From: Octopus vulgaris
Taxonomy: Eukaryota
Assembly: GCA_951406725.2 (NCBI GenBank)
Contig: OX597838.1
Location: 30,442,001 to 30,506,000, forward strand
Direction: 5' to 3'
Length of the DNA: 64,000 nucleotides
The translations under genes and the position numbers were made by a program. Positions 1 to 11,109 of the stretch are shown here, one piece after another; positions within the stretch are counted from its first letter, which is position 1, and each line of letters opens with the position of its first letter. Under the pieces are notes generated by a model that worked only from the letters and a program-made list of their open reading frames with translations, did not search any database and was not told where the DNA came from.

Positions 1-13
1 TTCTACTTTTCAG

Positions 14-151
14 AATCCAGTGGATTCTAGAAATTTTATCACGTTAAGATTCAACGGGGAATACAATTTATCGAATGAAATCATCCATTTCCTTAGTCTG
101 TGTCTTACATTAGACTACAAACAGAGACCTTCAACAACGGAATTGCTAAAG
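14..151 (+). CDS. Internal coding exon of a Ser/Thr protein kinase (C-lobe, subdomains X-XI)
   Basis: Acceptor ctttt cag|A at 13/14 and donor AAG|gtaatg at 151/152 give a 138-bp phase-0 exon. It translates to NPVDSRNFITLRFNGEYNLSNEIIHFLSLCLTLDYKQRPSTTELLK, matching the kinase subdomain XI pattern CL..D...RP...ELL. Confidence 0.72.
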
Positions 152-169
152 GTAATGAAAAAGTTTCTA

Positions 170-189
170 TATTATCGTCATCATCATCA

Positions 190-232
<43 letters not shown>

Positions 233-333
233 CATCCTCATCATCATTATCATGATTATTATTATTATCATCATCATTATTATTATTATTATGATTATCA
301 TTATCATCATCACCATTATCATTATCATCATCC

Positions 334-370
<37 letters not shown>

Positions 371-555
371 CATCATTATTATTATTATGATTATCATTAT
401 CATCATCACCATTATCATCATCCTCATTATCATTATTATTATCATCATCATTATTATTATGATTATCATTATCATCATCACCATTATCATTATCATCATC
501 CTCATTATCATTATCATCATCCTCATTATCATTATTATTATTATCATTATTATCA

Positions 556-586
<31 letters not shown>

Positions 587-696
587 GATTATCATCATCA
601 CCATTATCATTATCATCATCCTCATTATTATTATTATTATTATCATCATTATTATTATTATTATTATGATTATGATTATCATTATTATCATCACCA

Positions 697-737
<41 letters not shown>
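170..737. repeat. Compound (TAT/CAT)n trinucleotide microsatellite with higher-order units (intronic)
   Basis: Continuous tat/cat triplets with recurring variant blocks (catcctcattat, gattatcattatcatcatcaccat). Confidence 0.95.
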
Positions 738-913
738 GAGGAAACGTGCTGTTAGATTCGTTATCACGCTGGACAGAATACTAAGCGGCATTTCGTCTAG
801 ACATCACGAGTTCAAATGCCACCGAGGTCGGCTTTGCTCTCCATCCTTTCGGGGTCGATGTGATCCCTTCCACACAAATTTCAGGCATGTGCCTTCAGTA
901 GAAAGGATAAAAG

Positions 914-1125
914 CGGCGAGCTGGCAGAATCGTTAGCACGCCGGGCAAAATGCTTGACGGCGTTTCGTCTGCCGTTACGTTCTGAGTTCAAATTCCACCG
1001 TGGTCGACTTTGCCTTTCATCCTTTCGGGGTCGATAAATTAAGTACCAGCTGCAAACTGGGGGCCGATCTGATTGACTGTCCCCCTCCCCCAAAATTTCA
1101 GGTCTTGTGTCCAGAGTAGAAAGGT
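914..1125 (+). mobile_element. SINE family B (tRNA-like head plus Meta-domain-like core); a partial copy lies at ~770-860
   Basis: ggcgagctggcagaatcgttagc...gagttcaaattcc...gtcgactttgcctttcatcctttcggggtcgataaattaagtaccag. The same core recurs about 10 times in the window. Confidence 0.8.
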
Positions 1126-1442
1126 TTGTTATTATTATTTGTTATATTATTTGATTGTTACACTGTTTTTACACGATTTTTTCACAAAAGGACAAAACCC
1201 TTTGTAACCTTTTCGTCCTGTTTTGTCCCTTTATGTTTTCTAATCATGTGTGTCAGCCCTTGTGGCCAATAAAAAGAATTAATTATTATAATAACTATTA
1301 TTATTATTAGTGGTAGTAGTAGTAGTAGGTGGAGGAGGAGGAGGAGGAGGAGGAGGAGGAGGAGGAGGAGGAGGAGGAGGAGAAGGAGTGTAGTAGATTG
1401 GAAGACTCATTAGATTTTAAATTTAGGTATGTAGTCAGGAGT

Positions 1443-1870
1443 GGCGCAGGAGTGGCTGTGTGGTAAGTAGCTTGCTAACCAACCACATGGTTCCGGGTTC
1501 AGTCCCACTGCGTGGCATCTTGGGCAAGTGTCTTCTGCTATAGCCCCGGGCCGACCAATGCCTTGTGAGTGGATTTGGTAGACGGAAACTGAAAGAAGCC
1601 TGTCGTATATATGTATATATATATATATGTGTGTGTGTTTGTGTGTCTGTGTTTGTCCCCCTAGCATTGCTTGACAACCGATGCTGGTGTGTTTACGTCC
1701 TCGTCACTTAGCGGTTCGGCAAAAAAGAGACCGATAGAATAAGTACTGGGCTTACAAAGAATAAGTCCCGGGGTCGATTTGCTCGACTAAAGGTGGTGCT
1801 CCAGCATGGCCGCAGTCAAATGACTGAAACAAGTAAAAGAGTAAAGAGTAAAAGAGAGTAAAGAGTAAAG
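1443..1870 (+). mobile_element. SINE family A, full length (tRNA-derived, CORE-like)
   Basis: A box tggctgtgtgg, B box ggttcagtccc, CORE-like cttgggcaagt, internal (TA)n(TG)n tract, and 3' tail tgaaacaag(taaaagag)n. About 20 copies or fragments occur in the window. Confidence 0.9.
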
Positions 1871-2176
1871 TCAGGGAGAAGGTAAACATAATCGCCCATA
1901 TCTGTTGCCACCCACCCTTAATACCCGTAGGCTATGCAATAAATTATTTATTTACTCATTTTTTGCTCCCTTTTTTACCTTTTCAGGATAAATTTATTTC
2001 TAGTTTCAACCGATTCCGTTCGTTACAATACGTGGAGTACCTCATTGTAAGACTGGTGAGTAAAAGTGAGTACCAGAAAGATTTACATTCGTCAGATGAA
2101 GCTTAGCAACAACACTTACACACGCACATCCACACACACACGTGCGCGCGCACACACACACACACACACATGGTGT

Positions 2177-2566
2177 GGAGGCGCAATGGCCCAGTGGTTA
2201 GGGCAGCAGACTCATGGTCATAGGATCACAGTTTCGATTCTCAGACCGGGCGTTGTGAGTGTTTATTGAGCAAAAACACCCAAAGCTCCACGAGGCTCCG
2301 ACACAGGGGGTGTTGGCAAACCCTGCTGCACTCTTTCACCACAAGTTTCTCTCACTCTTTCTTCCTGTTTCTGTTGTGCCTGTACTTCAAAGGGGCCAGC
2401 CTTTTCGCACTCTGTGTCACACTGAATCTCCCCAAGAACTATGCTAAGGGTACACGTGTCTGTGGGGTGCTCAGCCACTTGCACGTTAAATATCACGAGC
2501 AGGCTGTTCCATTGATCGGATCAACTGGGACCGTCATCGTCGAAAACGACGGAGTGCCACAACAAT
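2177..2566 (+). mobile_element. SINE family C (tRNA-derived head)
   Basis: tggcccagtggttagggc...gtttcgattctcagacc A/B boxes; the head is shared with 28065-28372 and 40306-40583. Confidence 0.75.
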
Positions 2567-2570
2567 AATC

Positions 2571-2813
2571 TTTACTCTTTTACTTGTTTCAGTCATTTGA
2601 CTGTGGCCATGCTGGAGCACCGCCTTTAGTCAAGCACATCAACCCCAAGACTTATTCTTTGTGAGCCTAGTACTTACTCTATCGGTCATTTTTGCCAAAC
2701 CGCTAAGTTACAGGGACGTAAACACACCAGCATCGGTTTTCAAGTGATGTTGGAGGGACAAACACAGACACACAAACATATGCATACACACACACACACA
2801 TATATATATATAT
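2571..2813 (-). mobile_element. SINE family A, 3' half
   Basis: Reverse complement of the family A tail (tttacttgtttcagtcatttgactg...), ending at the internal microsatellite. Confidence 0.85.
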
Positions 2814-3385
2814 ATTTAACGTCCGCTTTCCATGCTAGCATGGGTTGGACGATTTGACTGAGGTCTGGTGAACCAGACTCCAGTCTGATCTGGCAGTTTC
2901 TACAGCTGGATGCGCTTCCTAACGCCAACCACTCCAAGAGGGTAGAGGGTGCTTTTATGTGCCACCGGCACGAGAGCCAATTTGGTGGTATTGGCAACGG
3001 CTATGTCCAAATGGTACTTTTTACGTGCCACCTGCACAGGAGCCAGTCCAGCGGCACTGGCGACGTCCTCGCTCGAATATTTCACATGCCACCAGCACAA
3101 GTGCTAGTGAGGCAACACGGTAACGATCACGCTCGAATGGTGTGCTTAACGTGCCACTGGCACGAAGGCCAGTATGTTGCTCTAGTAACGAACTCACTCG
3201 TACGGTACTCTTAGCGCTCCACTAGCAACAGATGCCAGTCACCGAATTTGATTTCGACTTCAATTTCACTTGCCTCAATTGGTCTTCGCAAGCAGAGTTT
3301 AGTGTCCAATGAAGAAAAGGCATGCATAAGTGGACTGGTTACCCCCTAGCATAGGCCACAAGGTTATGGTCACACTTGCGCTTGC
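2814..3385 (-). mobile_element. SINE-like family D (RTE-type 3' tail, internal ~62-bp repeats)
   Basis: tttaacgtccgctttccatgctagcatgggttggac tail, followed by repeated tttacgtgccac units. Confidence 0.75.
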
Positions 3386-3664
3386 CATATACATATATAT
3401 ACAACAGGCTTCTTTCAGTTTCTGTCTACCAAATCCACTCACAAGGCTTTGGTTGGACCGTAGCTATAGCAGAAGACACTTGCCCAGACACTCTTATAGT
3501 AAATTTCATAGTAGTGGAATCACAAATGAAAACAATTAACTCAATAGATTTTTTTTAAAGAAAATTTTATTATAATTAATGAATTCATTTTTTTTTTTTT
3601 AATATTATTTTCATTTTTATTTCAAATATTTTGTTACACTTTTAATTTTTTTTTCCTTCTGCAG

Positions 3665-3679
3665 TTTGGATTATGTTAA
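3665..3679 (+). CDS. Candidate terminal coding exon of the kinase (FGLC-stop)
   Basis: Long polypyrimidine tract ending ttttccttctgcag|TTT GGA TTA TGT TAA. Phase 0 fits the donor at 152. Confidence 0.4.
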   Translation, partial: FGLC

Positions 3680-3869
3680 AATATTCAATATCACGTCTGC
3701 TATCAAATATTGATTTGTTGTATAATCACAAGGTCATAACATTTGCTTCAGATCAGATATAATCAATTGCATGCACCTCAGTATATAACTGGTACATATT
3801 TTTTTTCTTCTTCTTTAACGATCTTCAGAGACAAACATTGACCAGCAACAGAATTTGGATTTAGTAATT

Positions 3870-4590
3870 ACGTCAGTCCTCGTTTATTGCTGATTCACTA
3901 ATCACTAATCTGGGATAACATGGTCCACTCAGTTAAGAACCATGTTGTGCTTATCATGGATTATCATGGATTATCACAAATTGATTTGTGATAACATGGT
4001 TCGGTGATCAGCCAAAGAGTCTGCTTATACCACAAAAACCCACCCCAGCAAGCACCCATGATGTTCAGCTACCCAGAATACACTGTGTCACTTGGGTTTG
4101 TGATAACATGGTTCGGTGATCAGCCAAAGAGTTTGCTTATACCACAAAAACCCACCCCAGCAAGCACCCATGACGTTCAGCTACCCAGAATACACTGTCT
4201 GTCGCTTGGGTTTACATGTCTAAGCTGTGAGGCTGCATACTTTTTATATACGGATTTACGTACTTGTGGCCATCAACATGGCACCAGTGAAGAGAGAAAA
4301 GTATGAAGATGCTTTTTCCTAACAAACGACAGACAAGTGTATTCTCTACAGGGAGAGGTAAATCAAGCTTCACTGCTATGGGCCGCAAGTTTGGTGTCAA
4401 GGAATCAACCCTCCGTTCTATTTACAAACTGTATGGTGAGGGTTCATTTATCATCTTTCTTTTTTCAGAACCAGAGCCCTCTGTGATAAACGACAAAGGG
4501 ATGTATATACAGCAAAACCTTCAGGACTGTCACCTTAAAGCCTCAGCCAAAATCCGCTGCTCAAGTATTTAATATCAAATGAGGATTACA
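3870..4590 (+). mobile_element. Decayed pogo/Tigger-like DNA transposon remnant
   Basis: Peptide GKSSFTAMGRKFGVKESTLRSIYK (~4355-4428) resembles the Tigger/CENP-B N-terminal HTH. Possible weak TIRs: cagtcctcgttta and aaatgaggattac. A 112-bp tandem duplication lies at 3985-4213. Confidence 0.5.
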
Positions 4591-5420
4591 GATTTGAAAA
4601 TAACTTTTTTTTTTTTTTTGAATTTATACAAAAACTAAAAATAAAAATATGGAAGTTATTAAATTCATTTTTTTTTTTACTGAGTATTTTGTCCATAAAA
4701 AAAGAACCAACAGAAAAATGGAATTCCGTTTGAATTAAACTGGGAAAAAAACAAAAAAAAAACTTAAATAATGAAATATTTTTAATTAAGTTTAAAGCTT
4801 TCAAGTTGGTGGGAAGCAAAGAAGAGAAACAAGAAGTTCACCAAAGAAAACGATAACCGTCTTTGAGTTTGCGTTCTTTCCAAGAACATTAATTAGTGCA
4901 TTGAATAAAGTTTTTCTTTCTGGACAGGAATCGAAACCAGAAAGCCAAGAATGTCACATCTAAATCTTTAAACGTGGAAAAGTCATCAAGGGGGAGTAAG
5001 TCAGTATGTTGTAATGAAGGAGCTCAAGAATTCGAATGAAGGGCCCAGCATTTCATCCGTCTTTACATTCAGGGTTCAGATTCTACCAAGGTCAACTTCA
5101 CCTTTCGTCCTTTCGGGGTCGATAAATTAAGGACTAGTCAAGCACTTGGGTTGATGTAATCTACAAGACCCTTCCCTAAAAATTTCAGCCCTTGTTCCTA
5201 AAGCAGAAATGAATATTATTATTGTTATTGCTGTTGTTGTTTGCGTATTGTTAGTGCTGCGTTTAGTCATCCAACACTCCTTGTAAAGTGGTCGGCGTTA
5301 GGAAGGACTAAATTGGCAAATATTTTAAGGACCACTGAAAGGCCAATCTCAGCAGGAATCAAACTCCCTATAGAGAAGTATGTAACTCAATAAGGAAACA
5401 TATTTTACCCAAAGCTTTAC

Positions 5421-5757
5421 CATCATCATCATCACCATCATCATTTAGCGTCCGCTTTCCATGCTAGCATGGGTTGGACGGTTCAACTGGGGTCTGGGAA
5501 GCCAGAAGGCTGCATCAGGCTCCAGTCTGATCTGGCAATGTTTCTACGGCTGGATGCCCTTCCTAACGCCAACCACTCCGTGAGTGTAGTAGGTGGTTTT
5601 TACATGCCACTGGCACGGGTACCAGGGAAGGCTGGCAGTGGCCACGATTGGTTGGTGCTTTTTACGTGCCACTGGCACAGCTGCCAGACAGCCACGGTCG
5701 GATGGTGCTTTTTTCGTGCCGCCAGCACAGGGGCAAGGCGAGGCTGGCAACAGCCAT
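5421..5757 (-). mobile_element. SINE-like family D
   Basis: (CAT)n tail followed by tttagcgtccgctttccatgctagcatggg and internal repeats. Confidence 0.8.
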
Positions 5758-6959
5758 TTAACCAAAAATAATAATAACAACAATAATCCTTTTTACAATA
5801 GACACAAGGCCTGAAACTTTGGAGGAGAGAGAAAGTCGATCACATCGGCCTCCAGTATTTAACAGGTACTTATATTATTGATCCTGAAGGATGAAGAGTA
5901 AAGTTGACTTTGGCAGAATTTGAACTCAGGGTGGTAAAACCTTATATTGGACTAGAAAGAAGGCAGGGAAAAAAAAATAATAATAATTGGCCTTAGCAGG
6001 ATTTGATCTTGAGATATCACACACAACAGATTTTTTTTTACCTGGTACTCTACTAACCATCATCCACCTCATTGTGTTTCTCTTTGAAATAATACTGAAA
6101 GGATTAGTTAATAAATATCAACCAGCCAGAATTGATATTCGATAAACTGGTGTAAGGATTTTGACTAGAACATCCACTGTTGGGGTAATTAGCATTTAAA
6201 CCAGCCATAACTGGCTTAAATACCTGTTTTATGTTCACACCGACTAAATCTGGCCTCTCACACATATCCTACATTGTCACTCTGAAAATAAACAATCACA
6301 TCACTGAAGTCTCAAAGCTACAAGATAATGCATGATTAATTCAAAACCATGTGAATAAATGAGATAACATTTGACAGGGTAAGCCGAATGCTATGGGTTT
6401 AAGTAATTGACAGTAAGGACATAGATGAAATCCTCTTCAAAGTTCAGAGTGTTTTGTAGAAGTAACTGAAAGTTTCTTCAGTGTTAGCAACCGAATGAGC
6501 AATGAAGGAGACTATTTTGTGAGTGTAGTAGCCAGAGAAAGAACATGATAGAAAAGAAAAAGCTCAGAGAGCTGCTACCTCTGCAGGCAACAAAACAAAC
6601 CTCTCACCAAATGAAAGGTAGAGAGTATGATACTTTGGTGGTGGAAGCATGGATACTGAATGCAGATGATGCGTAAAGCTGAAAAGAAATGAGGTAATTA
6701 TACTTTGCTGGGTATATAATATTAATGTGTATGGATGACAGAGTACAAATAAGGTGAGAACAAGAAATGGACATAAGAGGAATCACATGTCATGGGAGAG
6801 AAGCCTCAGCTGGTAAGGACATGACGATATATAATTGGTTGGGTTAATTAGCAGTTTGGGTACTCACAAGTTCTCTCAAATGCTCAATGGGTCCCTTATA
6901 AAAAATACGATACATTTTGTTATCTAGGATACCAGATAAAAAGAGAAAAACTGCAAATA

Positions 6960-7215
6960 AAGGGAATCAGATGTAGTGGGATAGGAATGGACATGTGATG
7001 TGTATGGAAGAATGTGATTGGCTAAAAGTGTCATGTGATACAAATGGAAGAACCTGTGGAGGGGGAAGACGATGGAAGACAAGGGAAGAAATGGTGAAGG
7101 GCAATCTCAGGATGTTTGGACCTTAGAAGGGAGATGACAAAGCTCAGCAACAAGTGGTAAGGAGCTGTGGTAAGGAAGACCTGGCCAACCCACGTAAACG
7201 GTGGAAAATGAATGG
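6960..7215 (+). mobile_element. Degenerate RTE LINE 3' end
   Basis: Remnants of GHV.RM and G.CG.GR.WKT, ending in a ccaacccacg...ggaaaatg tail similar to family D. Confidence 0.45.
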
Positions 7216-7319
7216 GGAAAAAAATAAAGATTATGGTGAACATAATGATATTTATAGAGGGTGGTCAGCAAATGGTCTTACATTTTACACACACTCACAT
7301 GTATACATATGTACATACG

Positions 7320-7365
<46 letters not shown>

Positions 7366-7371
<6 letters not shown>

Positions 7372-7572
7372 TAATCCAAACATGAAAGCACAAAAAAACA
7401 CGTGAGGATGTGGAACAAATATAGTATTATTGGATGCTCAGGAAAGAAGCAAAGAAGGAGGGTTTAACGTTTCGAGTGGAGCTCTTCGTCGGAAACATAG
7501 AAGGAAAGATCCAGAGAAGGGAAGACAGAGGAAAAAAAATCGCCAACGGTACACACGAGGTCACATTTTGAA
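7366..7572 (-). mobile_element. Penelope-like mini-element with minimal hammerhead motif (7462-7496), inserted in (TA)n
   Basis: Minus strand reads gttt-CCGACGA-A-gagctccactc-GAAA-cg-TT-aaac. Flanked by (TA)n; a second copy lies at 61262-61458. Confidence 0.6.
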
Positions 7573-8267
7573 TATATATATATATATACATACAAAAGTA
7601 TGTATGCATATATAAACATATGTATGCAAATATATATATGAATGAATGAATGTATGCATGTGTGTGTATGTGCGTGGCTTAGTGGTCAGGGCATTTGGTT
7701 GACAACCATAAGGCTGTGAGTTCAATCCTCAGTAACACATTGTGTCTTTGAGTAAGATGCTTTATTTCATGTGTGTCCAGTGCACTCATTAAATTCAGCT
7801 GGTGTTTGGAACATAAATTGGCATTAAAAACAAGAAGGTTGTATCTTAGGACCAGAAACAGTCCTAGGCATGTTGGTATCAAAAGGGTGAACCCTTTAAT
7901 TACCATGTTTCTATTGAAAAACACTTTGTTTCAATTAATTAATTAACTTAATTAAGTGTTTGGAAGATAAATTAATTGGAATTTTTGATGGAAGTTTTTA
8001 ATTTACGTCACTTGAAAAAGAAGTTTGTATCACAGAAGCAGGGATGGTCTAAAACAGTTTGATATCAAAAGGGACAAAGATTTAAATAAAAACCTTCCAG
8101 CATTTTTGGAAGAATTTATAAAACCTGGTCATTTTCTGCAACCGTTCAAACGACAGAGGTTAACTGGTCATTGACCATTTTAATACCAACACCTCTGCCG
8201 CTCAAGAGATTGAATCAGAGAACCAGGTGGGTCAGTACCAAAAGAGCTAAATGCCTTTTCAACTCTG

Positions 8268-8658
8268 TACCATAAAACTTAGATCGCTAGCCACTACACA
8301 TTCTTTATTTTCTTTCTGTGTTCCTTTCTGGTGAAGAGCGTAGGCTCGAAACGTTAAAGACTTTTTCATTTTACCCGAGCGTTATACTAATACATCTGTT
8401 TGTTGTCTACACCACATGTCTTCATCTTTTGTTTTTTAAAGAATTCTCCCTATATATATATATATATGGTTCAAATTTGCCATGATAGATCGCTAACCAC
8501 TACACATTCTTTATTTTCTCTCCTTGTTCCTTTCTGCTGAAGAGCGTAGGCTCGAAACGTTAAAGATTTTTTCCCTTCCTGAGCATTATACTAATACATC
8601 TGTTTGTTGTCTACACCACCTGTCTTTGTCTTTTGGTTTTTTTGTGAATTCCCCCTAT
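8268..8658 (+). mobile_element. Two tandem Penelope-like mini-elements with minimal hammerhead motifs (8324-8359, 8530-8565)
   Basis: cttt-CTGNTGA-A-gagc-gtag-gctc-GAAA-cg-TT-aaag occurs twice, and each copy ends in (TA)n. Confidence 0.6.
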
Positions 8659-8949
8659 ATATATATAGTGTTGTGAATTCCTAGAGAGATGCAAGGTTGC
8701 AGGTTTGTTAAAGAGCATAAATGCCATGCTGTGGCATCGATGTCTTTGTCAAGGGACTCTATAACAAGAGAACAGCAGAGACATTTGAAGAGAAATAGAA
8801 GGGAGATAACTGAGGTATGACAACCAGCCCTTGTTGAGTCAGCTTAATGTCTAAACGCGTCGAGATGGATTTCTTCTCAAAAAAAGAGAAAAAAGCAAAA
8901 AGAATTTCAAATTCTTATGAAATAGTAACCTCCATCTTTAGAGATGATG

Positions 8950-9000
<51 letters not shown>

Positions 9001-9229
9001 TCGTAACACAGTGCAGGTAAAAATGCATGGGAGACTTTGGGCATCTGTCAAGTAACAAGGACCTCAGACAGACAATACTTTCCTTATTATTATTATTATT
9101 ATCATTATTATCATTATTTATTTTTTTTCGTCTCAATATTTCTGTCTTCTTTATGTTTTGATCAGTTTGATATTTATTCATCATTGGGTGTCTTATGACC
9201 AGCAACACACATCTGTACACACATTGATG

Positions 9230-9284
<55 letters not shown>

Positions 9285-9426
9285 TTACACACCCACCCAC
9301 ACATATATATATAGTTAGACACACACACATATATATACATGCACACACTTATATATGCGTTATATATATGTGTGTGTGCATGTGTATGCATAAATAATAT
9401 ATATATATATATATGTATGTATACAA

Positions 9427-9457
<31 letters not shown>

Positions 9458-9700
9458 ATCATCATCGTTTAACGTCCACTTTCCATGCTGGCATGGGTTG
9501 GACGGTTTGACTGAGGGCTGCACCAGGCTCCAATCTGATCTGGCAAGGTTTCTACAGCTGGATGCCTTTCCCAATGCCAATCACCCTGAGAGTGTAGTGG
9601 GTGCTTTTTATGTGCCACCGGCATGGGAGCCAGTCAGGTGGCACTGGTAATGACCATGCTCAAATGGTGCTTTTTACATACCACTGGCACAGGACCAGTC
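9458..9700 (-). mobile_element. SINE-like family D
   Basis: catcatcgtttaacgtccactttccatgctggcatggg... Confidence 0.75.
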
Positions 9701-9721
9701 ATATGTATGTATATATATGTA

Positions 9722-9763
<42 letters not shown>

Positions 9764-9825
9764 TACATATATATACACACAAACATATATATATGTGTAT
9801 GCATGAATGTATGTGTATGTGTATT

Positions 9826-9907
<82 letters not shown>

Positions 9908-10185
9908 CAGTGGCTGTGTGTTACTTTGAAATCAATGTATTTGAACCGTGAATCCAGCAAAGCCACCTAGCCAAGCAGCAATGCTGTGTTGGTCAAGGGC
10001 AATGACCCTGGAACTAGTCCACAAAGGTTTTGCGCTGAGTGGGGATGCTGAATTCCTGGTTTGAAAATATAAGGACACAGATAATGTGTTGTATAGCCAG
10101 CTAGAAATGATGTTTCTTGGGGCTAATAAGCAGTAACAACATCCCTTCCAGAACACCCATATTATGTTGGCAATTAAATTTTAGC

Positions 10186-10330
10186 TCCTTGTTTTTTCTG
10201 TGTCCCTTTCTGTAGAAGAGCGTAGGCTCGAAACGTAAAAGACTTTTTCTATTCCTGAGCGTTATATTAATACATCTGTTTGTTTGAACTCCACCTGTCT
10301 TCGTCTTATGTTTATTTTCATAAACTTTCC

Positions 10331-10334
<4 letters not shown>
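10186..10334 (+). mobile_element. Penelope-like mini-element with minimal hammerhead motif (10206-10241)
   Basis: cttt-CTGTAGA-A-gagc-gtag-gctc-GAAA-cg-TA-aaag, followed by (TA)n. Confidence 0.6.
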
Positions 10335-10381
<47 letters not shown>

Positions 10382-10672
10382 AGAATGTATGTTTGTATAC
10401 ATGTACGTACGTATGTATGTAAGCTCTATTTTGTGTTTGTGCCTCTCACAGCTTGACAACCAGTGCTGGTTTGTTGATGGCGCCATAACTTAGTGGTTCA
10501 CCAAACAAAAGAAATTGATATATAAAAAAAGGACCCAATGTATAATAAGTTGATGAGCTGATTTGATTTAACTAAAAATAAAAAAAAAAGTTTTAATAGC
10601 ACCCCAGCATATATATATATATACGTGTGTATATATACATGTATGTACATGTAATATGTATATACATATATA

Positions 10673-10715
<43 letters not shown>

Positions 10716-10848
10716 GTGTATACATACATATATATATACACACACACACACATATATATATTCTATATGCATTTGTCTAGGTGTGTATATGTATATATAT
10801 ATACACACACACGTATTCATATATACATATAAATATATACATATGTAC

Positions 10849-10913
<65 letters not shown>

Positions 10914-11109
10914 TATTAGATTACATATACAAAAAATACTATAAATAAAAAAATGATAAAATAAATAATAATAAAAAATATACTCCATTATCTGAGGAAT
11001 GACAGTTCTTACGTTTTCTTTCCCTTCTTACCGTTCTTCAATTCTCTGCTTTCCCTCTTACCATTATTATTATAATTATTATTGTTGTTGCTGTTGTTGT
11101 TGTTTGCTA

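Noticed and set aside
20-791. Long His/Tyr, Asn/Asp and Ile/Met ORFs
   Set aside because: These are translations of a triplet microsatellite beyond the splice donor at 152; only 14-151 looks coding.
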